Origin: Planctomycetota bacterium
Lineage (GTDB): Bacteria > Planctomycetota > UBA1135 > UBA2386
DNA: 64,000 nt
Reading direction: 5' to 3'
Assembly: GCA_965662465.1 (NCBI GenBank)
Contig: CBFIIO010000008.1
Location: 30,088-94,087, forward strand
The position numbers and the translations under genes are program-made. The notes below the pieces were generated by a model that saw only the letters and a program-made list of their open reading frames with translations, was not told the origin of the DNA and made no database searches. This document shows, one piece after another, positions 58,084-64,000 of the stretch (position 1 is its first letter; each line of letters starts with the position of its first letter).

Positions 58084-59229
58084 ATGTCCGCCACACCTCC
58101 TCCAACCATCGAAGGGACTGAAGCCCCAAACCCATTCGAGGTTCTTTGGGATCGTTACAAGTCCCTCATCGTGACGATTATCACCGCGATCTTGCTCGCC
58201 CTGATCGGAAATACGGTCTGGACATACATGGAGCAGGATGCGCTTAGTGAAAAGTGGTCCGGTTTCAATGTAAACATAGGTCTTGAAAGCTTTTACATCG
58301 ATAGCGCTAACGCTAGCAACGCGATGTCTGAGTCTCTTGAGGGCATTGAGGTCGCGGATCTCGAAGCTGCCCTTGCAGCGGCAGACGAAGTCCAAAAGCC
58401 TTACTTCCATTTAGCGCTCGCTCGCAAGGCTATCCTGATGAGCGATTGGGATCGGGCTGAGTCCGCACTTGCCGCGATCGAAACAGGCTATCCTAAGCAT
58501 GATCTCGTTGCCGTTGTCGCTCAAGCGGTGCAGGCGCGCGATCCCAAGAAGCCGCCTGAGGACGGCGAGGAGAAGCCGGATGAGCCTGTTTGGGTAGATG
58601 CAGTTGATGGCAGTGTGATCGCTTTGATGCGCAAGCAGATTGAGGCAGCTAAGGCATTTGAGATGCCCGCTTCTTTCGCGAAACCAGAGATTCCTGCAGA
58701 CGCGAAGAAGGTTAAGTTCACCTTTGAAGACATGGGCAGCTTTACGGTTGCTCTCATGCCAGGTGCTCCTCTTCATACGCAGGGCTTGATTGATCTTGTC
58801 ACCAAGGACGATGGGGCTTGGTGGAAGGGCATTGCAGTCGACGAGGTCATTCGTTCGACGGATGCCATTGACCAGGGCCACTCGCTGCACTTTGGCTTCG
58901 AATCCTCAAAAGAGGATGTGCGCTCCAAGTGGACCACAACCGAGCCCAGCACCAACTTGGTTGAGTTTGAGGACACTGGCCTGAGCCACTTTGCTGGAGC
59001 CTTGTCGGCGCGTCCTGAGGCTGACGGCAAGTCATGCTTTGATCGCCTTTGGATCTCGGTCACGGACGAGTCCAATCAAGATGGTATGCGCGTAGTCTTT
59101 GGTTATGTGACGGAAGGCCTGGATGTGCTTGAGAACATCTGCCAATCCAATCTTGACCTGCAGGACGAAGACCGTGGTCAGGGGCGACCGACTGAGAACA
59201 TCCGTATCTCTGCGGTTGAGGTCCTATAA
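58084..59229 (+). CDS. Membrane-anchored protein with a divergent cyclophilin-type PPIase-like C-terminal domain
   Basis: TM helix YKSLIVTIITAILLALIGNTVW and a helical linker. Then ..FTVALMPGAPLHTQGLIDLV..WKGIAVDEVIRS..GLSHFAGALSA....RVVFGYVTEGLDVLENI...RPTENIRISAVEV, collinear with the cyclophilin fold. Confidence 0.55.
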   Translation: MSATPPPTIEGTEAPNPFEVLWDRYKSLIVTIITAILLALIGNTVWTYMEQDALSEKWSGFNVNIGLESFYIDSANASNAMSESLEGIEVADLEAALAAADEVQKPYFHLALARKAILMSDWDRAESALAAIETGYPKHDLVAVVAQAVQARDPKKPPEDGEEKPDEPVWVDAVDGSVIALMRKQIEAAKAFEMPASFAKPEIPADAKKVKFTFEDMGSFTVALMPGAPLHTQGLIDLVTKDDGAWWKGIAVDEVIRSTDAIDQGHSLHFGFESSKEDVRSKWTTTEPSTNLVEFEDTGLSHFAGALSARPEADGKSCFDRLWISVTDESNQDGMRVVFGYVTEGLDVLENICQSNLDLQDEDRGQGRPTENIRISAVEVL

Positions 59230-59237
59230 GCGACTGA

Positions 59238-59266
59238 GCCGCCTCGCCCTGGGCCGCCTCGCCCTG
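59238..59266. repeat. Two tandem copies of gccgcctcgccctg (15-bp period) in a convergent intergenic region
   Basis: Direct reading: 59238-59251 and 59253-59266. Confidence 0.8.
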
Positions 59267-59283
59267 AGGGCTTGCTAGGCGGC
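59253..59283 (+). terminator. Hairpin after the cyclophilin-like gene (possible terminator)
   Basis: GCCGCCT...AGGCGGC outer stem with an inner CCCT-g-AGGG, followed by TTTG. It lies between convergent genes. Confidence 0.35.
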
Positions 59284-59452
59284 TTTGCAACCGGGCGACG
59301 CGCAACGCGCGTCATGCCTCAGCGCTCCTCCCTGCTAGGAATCGCTTTCGAGGGGAGCGCCCGCGGATCATCCGGAAGCTGTGCGGCTGCCACAATAGTC
59401 GGCCGACTCTGGGTTGCCACAGCGCCTGCGTCCGCGCTGATGAGTCGCCTGC

Positions 59453-60394
59453 CTACGCGTTCTTCAAGCGATTGAAGATGCGGTCTAGCTCGGCTTGGTT
59501 GCCGCACTCGATTACGATCTGGCTGCGCTTGCGGCCGTATTTGATGGCAATCGGTGTACTCAGAGTTTCGACGAGGGTCTCCTCCAGTTCATTGAGCCAA
59601 ACCGGTCGGCCGGCTTTGGTCTTCTGATTTGGCTTTGGTTTGTCGGTCGAAGCGCCTGTGGTGGCGGCCAGAAGCTCCTTTACCTGGGCTTCTAGAGCTC
59701 GAACCGATAGGCCGTTCTTTATCGCCGACTCTGCAGCTTGGTTCATGACCTCATGATCAGGCAACGCCAATAGCGATCGGGCGTGTCCCATGGACAGTGT
59801 TCCACGTGAAACATGCGCCTGAATCTCCTCTGGCAGTTCAAGCAATCGCAGGAAGTTCGCGACAGTCGACCTTTCAAATCCTACCTGCTTGGCGACTTGC
59901 TCCTGGGTTCCCTTCGTTTGGTCTAGGAGCAGCTTGATGCCCTGGGCCTTCTCTATTGCGTTTAGATCTTCGCGCTGCAGGTTCTCTACCAGCGCGAACA
60001 CAGCGGAGTCACCATCAGACATCGTGCGGCAAAGCACTGGAACTTCGTCCAGTTCCGCCAGCTGCGCTGCCCGCCAGCGACGTTCGCCAGCAACGATCTG
60101 CAAACTGTCTCCCACTTGACGAGCGAGGATTGGCTGCAGGATGCCGCTTTCGCGGATGGAGTCCGACAAGCTCTTCAGCTCGGCTGCCGCCATGGTCTTG
60201 CGCGGCTGGTAGGGGTTCGGCTCGAGCGCCTTGACCGGCACCATGCGAACCAGGTCCCCCTCTTCGGTTTCGAGTGCTGGCCCAGTATCTGGCGCGATTT
60301 TATCACGAAGTGGGGTGGCTGCAGGGGCATCTGTGGGCTTGCGCCCCCCAGATAAGAAGAAGTCAAGACCTCTACCTAGACGACGATCAACCAT
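59453..60394 (-). CDS. parB: Chromosome partitioning protein ParB (Spo0J)
   Basis: Start ATG 60394 gives MVDRRLGRGLDFFLSG... Also ..PNPYQPRK.., ..GILQPILAR....IVAGERRWRAA.., and an HTH region. The 8-nt overlap with the parA 3' end depends on this start choice. Confidence 0.9.
   Translation of the reverse strand: MVDRRLGRGLDFFLSGGRKPTDAPAATPLRDKIAPDTGPALETEEGDLVRMVPVKALEPNPYQPRKTMAAAELKSLSDSIRESGILQPILARQVGDSLQIVAGERRWRAAQLAELDEVPVLCRTMSDGDSAVFALVENLQREDLNAIEKAQGIKLLLDQTKGTQEQVAKQVGFERSTVANFLRLLELPEEIQAHVSRGTLSMGHARSLLALPDHEVMNQAAESAIKNGLSVRALEAQVKELLAATTGASTDKPKPNQKTKAGRPVWLNELEETLVETLSTPIAIKYGRKRSQIVIECGNQAELDRIFNRLKNA
59798..59813. promoter_or_regulatory. parS centromere site inside the parB coding sequence
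   Basis: TGTTCCACGTGAAACA is a perfect match to the canonical parS consensus TGTTNCACGTGAAACA. Confidence 0.85.
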
Positions 60395-61121
60395 TGGCTT
60401 GCTCTTCGGGGTGCATGATCTCTTGGACCAGCTCGGTGTAACACAAGGCTCCCTTTGACCAGGGGCTGTGAACGAAAACGGATTGTCCGTGGCTCGCCGC
60501 TTCAACGAGGCTGGAGTCACGGAAGATGACAGATTGAAGGAGCATGCCGTCTAAGTTGCGGCGAAGGTCCTCGAGAATCTCGTTGGCGATCAACTCATTG
60601 GAATCGACCATGGTAGGAAGCACACCACGTAGCCTGCCTTTGCCTGGGTAGCGTCTAGCGGCTTCCTCCAGGGACTTCATCATCTGCGAAAGCCCGTGCA
60701 TGGAGAAAAACTCAGCCTGCACAGGGACGATGACTTCCTCGCAGAGCTGAACTCCTGCCCAGCCCCATTCATCCATACGGGGAGGGCAATCGACGATCAG
60801 CACATCGATTTCCTCTTCGAGCTCTGCTACCACTGCTTGCAGGCGATCCGTATCGATCGTCGCCTGGCCAGACTGCACAGCTTCGCTGCCAGCTGATGGA
60901 AGCAGCCACAGCCGATCAGCAACTGGCACCATCCACTCGTGGGGTCCCGGTGGTGCATCTGCGTTAAGCATGCCTTGCACGGCAACCGTGGCATTGCCCT
61001 GCGGATCTAGATCCATCAAAAGCACACGCTTGCCAGCGAGTGCAAACCCGTGAGCAATATGGATTGCAGTCGTCGTCTTACCGACGCCGCCCTTCTGGTT
61101 AGCCAACACGATGGATCGCAC
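60387..61121 (-). CDS. parA: Chromosome partitioning ATPase ParA (Soj)
   Basis: ..IVLANQKGGVGKTTTAIHIA.., ..LLMDLDPQGN.., ..VLIVDCPP... Probable GTG start at 61121, preceded by CAGGAA. The listed TTG ORF extends to 61229. Confidence 0.85.
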   Translation of the reverse strand: MRSIVLANQKGGVGKTTTAIHIAHGFALAGKRVLLMDLDPQGNATVAVQGMLNADAPPGPHEWMVPVADRLWLLPSAGSEAVQSGQATIDTDRLQAVVAELEEEIDVLIVDCPPRMDEWGWAGVQLCEEVIVPVQAEFFSMHGLSQMMKSLEEAARRYPGKGRLRGVLPTMVDSNELIANEILEDLRRNLDGMLLQSVIFRDSSLVEAASHGQSVFVHSPWSKGALCYTELVQEIMHPEEQANG

Positions 61122-61256
61122 TAGGTTCCTGACCGGCACCGCGAAGACAATCCTCCGCGAGATGGAATTGTGCTGCTTGAGGGCGGGCAATTCCAGACTT
61201 GTCCTTTTCGTTCGGCCGGTAGATAACAAGAAACCTACAATCGTCGGCCCGATCCA

Positions 61257-61832
61257 ATGTCCTCCATTCTACGCCTGATCACGTTATTTGCGCTGGCCAG
61301 ATTACGGGCAGCAGGGTGGGCGCCATGGCTGCTTGTGGCAGGTTGGCTCGTGATTGCCTCGTATCAGGAACCCTTGATGTTTCGCCAATATGGCATCTAC
61401 CTGGTCGACGATGCTGCTTGGACAGGTGGTCTGGTTGTTCTGCTGGCTTTGCTGCTTGCGCAGCGACGTTTGCCGCGGCGGTGCGCAATCACCGCCAACC
61501 TGTCCATACTGTTGGCTCTGGCCGTCCTGCAGGGAATCGGTGGCTATTTGGCAGACCAAAGTCCATCGCTTTCTGGCCTCTATATCCGCATAGCAGGCGT
61601 TGCGAACTTTGTGGTAGCCTGGTCACCACTAGCTATTACGGTGTCGCGTAAAGAAGCTAGCGGGGCTCCGAAGGAATTGGTTCGCAATCTTATGGTTCTA
61701 GCGTCTGGAGTGATCGGAATGATGCTTTCAGTCGCATTACGTACGTCTCCGGATATGATCATCTACATAGCAAGTCTGATTGCAGTTTCTGGCGCCGCGT
61801 GCTGGGCATCTTTCCGTGGCAGGCAAGCATAA
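61257..61832 (+). CDS. Polytopic membrane protein of unknown function
   Basis: 191 aa, about 5-6 hydrophobic helices, no recognisable motif. Confidence 0.4.
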   Translation: MSSILRLITLFALARLRAAGWAPWLLVAGWLVIASYQEPLMFRQYGIYLVDDAAWTGGLVVLLALLLAQRRLPRRCAITANLSILLALAVLQGIGGYLADQSPSLSGLYIRIAGVANFVVAWSPLAITVSRKEASGAPKELVRNLMVLASGVIGMMLSVALRTSPDMIIYIASLIAVSGAACWASFRGRQA

Positions 61833-61845
61833 GTGGTTGACTGTT

Positions 61846-62586
61846 ATGAAGATAGGAATACTGGGTGATGTCCACGGTAACCTCGAGGCGTTGAACGCAG
61901 CCGTCGAAGCGCTCAAGTCAGAGGGCGTCGATGTCTGGGTTCAGGTCGGAGACATCGTTGGCTATGGTCCAGAGCCCTCTGAATGTATCGACGTCATTCG
62001 CGATCTCGGTTGCGTCACTTGTTTAGGCAACCACGACGCCGCTGTCCTCGGTCTCCTTGATACCTCCTACTTCAACAACTTTGCTCGAGCGGCAATCCAG
62101 TGGACTGCACCGAGGTTGAAGCCAAGTGACTATGAGTTTCTCAATGCGCTTGAGTTAGTCAGCAAGCGGCCTGAGTTTACGGTGGTGCACGGCACGCTTC
62201 ATATGCCTGAGCAGTTTGGCTATATCGTCGGTGCGGTTGATGCCCTTGAGTCGCTCAAGCATCAAGAGACGCGATTGTGCTTTGTCGGGCATTCGCATGT
62301 GCCTGCCATCTATATGCGCCGTGACGAGCACCCCAGCGACGTTCATGTGGTGCCACATGCCGAAGCTGAGACTTCTTACCGCGGCTTCGATCGTTTGTTG
62401 ATGAACGTTGGCAGCGTGGGCCAGCCGCGCGATGAGGATCCACGCGCAGCCTATGCTTTCGTTGATACCGACCTAGAGGTCGCGTCCATTCGGCGCGTCG
62501 AATACGACGTTGCCTCTGTGCAAGCAAAGATCCGCAAAGCTGGCTTGCCAGAAGTTTTGGCTAATCGCCTCTCACTTGGAGTCTGA
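61846..62586 (+). CDS. Metallophosphoesterase (YfcE/MJ0936-like)
   Basis: MKIGILGDVHGNLEAL.., ..VQVGDIVGYGP.., ..LGNHD.., ..VHGTL.., ..FVGHSH... Start set at ATG 61846. Confidence 0.8.
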   Translation: MKIGILGDVHGNLEALNAAVEALKSEGVDVWVQVGDIVGYGPEPSECIDVIRDLGCVTCLGNHDAAVLGLLDTSYFNNFARAAIQWTAPRLKPSDYEFLNALELVSKRPEFTVVHGTLHMPEQFGYIVGAVDALESLKHQETRLCFVGHSHVPAIYMRRDEHPSDVHVVPHAEAETSYRGFDRLLMNVGSVGQPRDEDPRAAYAFVDTDLEVASIRRVEYDVASVQAKIRKAGLPEVLANRLSLGV

Positions 62587-62595
62587 GTAATCTCT

Positions 62596-64000
62596 ATGCG
62601 CTGCTTAGCCGCGTTGCTTTGTCTGCTGTCAGCCGCCAACGCGCAGAAGTGGAGCGATACTTGCGGCAGGAGCCCGGCGGGTGTGCTAGCCCTCCGACAA
62701 GCAGCACGTGATTGTGCCGCAGATTCGCTGGTGTTGCTGGTCGCCTCTCATCCTGATGACCGATATCTGCTGCCGACGGTCTGGCTAAGGCTGGCCGCCG
62801 GATACCGTGTCGCGGTTCTGCTAGCTACACGGGGTGGCGGCGGTCAAAACAGTCTTGGTCCTGAAACCGGTGACTTGTTTGAGCGGGTTCGTACTCTCGA
62901 AACGGAGGCTGGCTGTGCCTTGGCCGGGGCCTCGGTCTGGTATCTGAATCGTGAAGATGCAGGCTACTGTCGCTCAGCGGAAGAGACCTATGCGGACTGG
63001 GGGCGCGACGGCAGTCTTTTGAATCTTGCTCGTTTGTTGCGAGAGATTCGCCCAGATGCCGTCATGACGACGCACCATGCTGAGGAAGGGCACGGCCACG
63101 ATCTTGCGATTGTTGATTTGCTTCCCGAAGCGATCCAGCTGGCTGCTGACCCCAATTGCAAAGCACCTGGTGCGCCGCACGAGACGCCGGTGTTTACGCT
63201 TGGTGGAGGTAGCACATTGACTGCCAATACAATCAAGATTGATGCCGACCAGTTAGACGAAGATCGTGGTGTCGCTCTACGCCGTACTGCCTACGACATT
63301 TTGCGGGGAACTCACGTTAGCCCTGGCTCACCTGCTCACATCGACGTGGTGTTCCCACCGGTCTTAGCATTCGAACCTCAAAAGCCTGCCCAGATAGATG
63401 TTGGGGGTTCAAGACCGCTTGGTTTGCCCTCGTTGTTGGACGGCGATCGTTGGCCGGGAGAGCCGGCGCGCGCGGTCAGCCTTGAGAAGTTCTTTCGAAC
63501 AGATCTACCGAGTTTGTTGACCGCGCCAGAGCCACCTATCGCGCAGGTGCTTGCTGTCTTGAGAGAGTTGCGCGCAATGCACAGTGAGATTGCTGCAGGT
63601 GCGATTTCAAATCCGGACGTGTCCGTGCGATTGAGCCGACGGATTGCCGCATTGGAACAGTTAGCGCTAGCGCTTGCTTTGGTGCAGATCGAAGTCGTGC
63701 CGCCTCCCGGTGCAATTGCGATTGCAGGGGAAGATCTGGCGTGCAAGGTGCGCGTGCTGACGGGACGTGACGAATCATTGCCAGTTCGTGCCGAAGGCCT
63801 CAACGGTGTCCGTGTCGTGCTCACGCCACTCGGCCACACAGAATTACCTGCGAGCAGTTTGCTTGCTGAAGCAACAATTCGTATTCCGCTCGCGGATCGC
63901 CCGAAGAAGGATCCAATGGCGGACTTGTTTAAGGCCGATCGCTTTGAGCCACCCGTGCGGATTCGATTTTGGGTGACCCTTCAAGGAGTCGATATTCCGG
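62596..64000 (+). CDS. Secreted PIG-L/LmbE-family deacetylase-domain protein; 3' end lies outside the window
   Basis: Not in the supplied ORF track because it has no stop. My hand translation from ATG 62596 is open to nt 64000. It gives signal peptide MRCLAALLCLLSAANA, ..LVLLVASHPDDRYL.., ..VLLATRGGGGQN.., ..HHAEEGHGHD... Confidence 0.7.
   Translation, partial: MRCLAALLCLLSAANAQKWSDTCGRSPAGVLALRQAARDCAADSLVLLVASHPDDRYLLPTVWLRLAAGYRVAVLLATRGGGGQNSLGPETGDLFERVRTLETEAGCALAGASVWYLNREDAGYCRSAEETYADWGRDGSLLNLARLLREIRPDAVMTTHHAEEGHGHDLAIVDLLPEAIQLAADPNCKAPGAPHETPVFTLGGGSTLTANTIKIDADQLDEDRGVALRRTAYDILRGTHVSPGSPAHIDVVFPPVLAFEPQKPAQIDVGGSRPLGLPSLLDGDRWPGEPARAVSLEKFFRTDLPSLLTAPEPPIAQVLAVLRELRAMHSEIAAGAISNPDVSVRLSRRIAALEQLALALALVQIEVVPPPGAIAIAGEDLACKVRVLTGRDESLPVRAEGLNGVRVVLTPLGHTELPASSLLAEATIRIPLADRPKKDPMADLFKADRFEPPVRIRFWVTLQGVDIP

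Overview
This is an origin-proximal chromosomal segment of a moderately GC-rich diderm bacterium. Gene content suggests Planctomycetota or another PVC-group organism, but that is a weak inference. The window is densely coding (about 57 genes). I found no rRNA or tRNA genes, CRISPR arrays or mobile elements. Main blocks: (1) outer-membrane proteins, ettA, tatA/B and an MCE lipid-transport-like operon (0.7-9.7 kb). (2) The replication core gyrB / dciA(DUF721) / dnaN / 734-bp spacer / dnaA, with no recF (9.8-16.3 kb). (3) Cysteine desulfurase and bacillithiol genes bshA, bshB1 and bshC, interrupted by an orphan ParA-like ATPase, plus pyrF (16.8-24.7 kb). (4) A 2OG oxygenase, a lipoprotein phosphatase and pntAA-pntAB-pntB (24.9-29.9 kb). 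(5) A translationally coupled SNF2 helicase and SWIM protein (30.1-34.0 kb). (6) A co-directional ~13-kb Alternative Complex III (actABCDEF), SCO1 and caa3 cytochrome oxidase (ctaCDEF) operon (33.9-47.1 kb). (7) An SGNH hydrolase with a carbamoyltransferase/SxtJ/DUF5989 cassette, a sigma-70 factor and hemW (47.4-53.6 kb). (8) Secreted, lipoprotein and membrane proteins of unknown function, then parA-parB with a perfect parS inside parB (53.6-61.2 kb). (9) Two further hydrolases running to the window end. Observations most worth follow-up: two otherwise intact genes each carry a single in-frame TAA. The MCE system has a fused MlaF-MlaE subunit, and its PqiB-like MCE protein ends in a catalytically dead trypsin-fold domain. 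An orphan ParA has a repetitive acidic tail. One exported protein is about 9% methionine. There are large unexplained non-coding regions around dnaA and at 57.0-57.6 kb. All functional calls come from reading motifs in the supplied translations; no database search was run.
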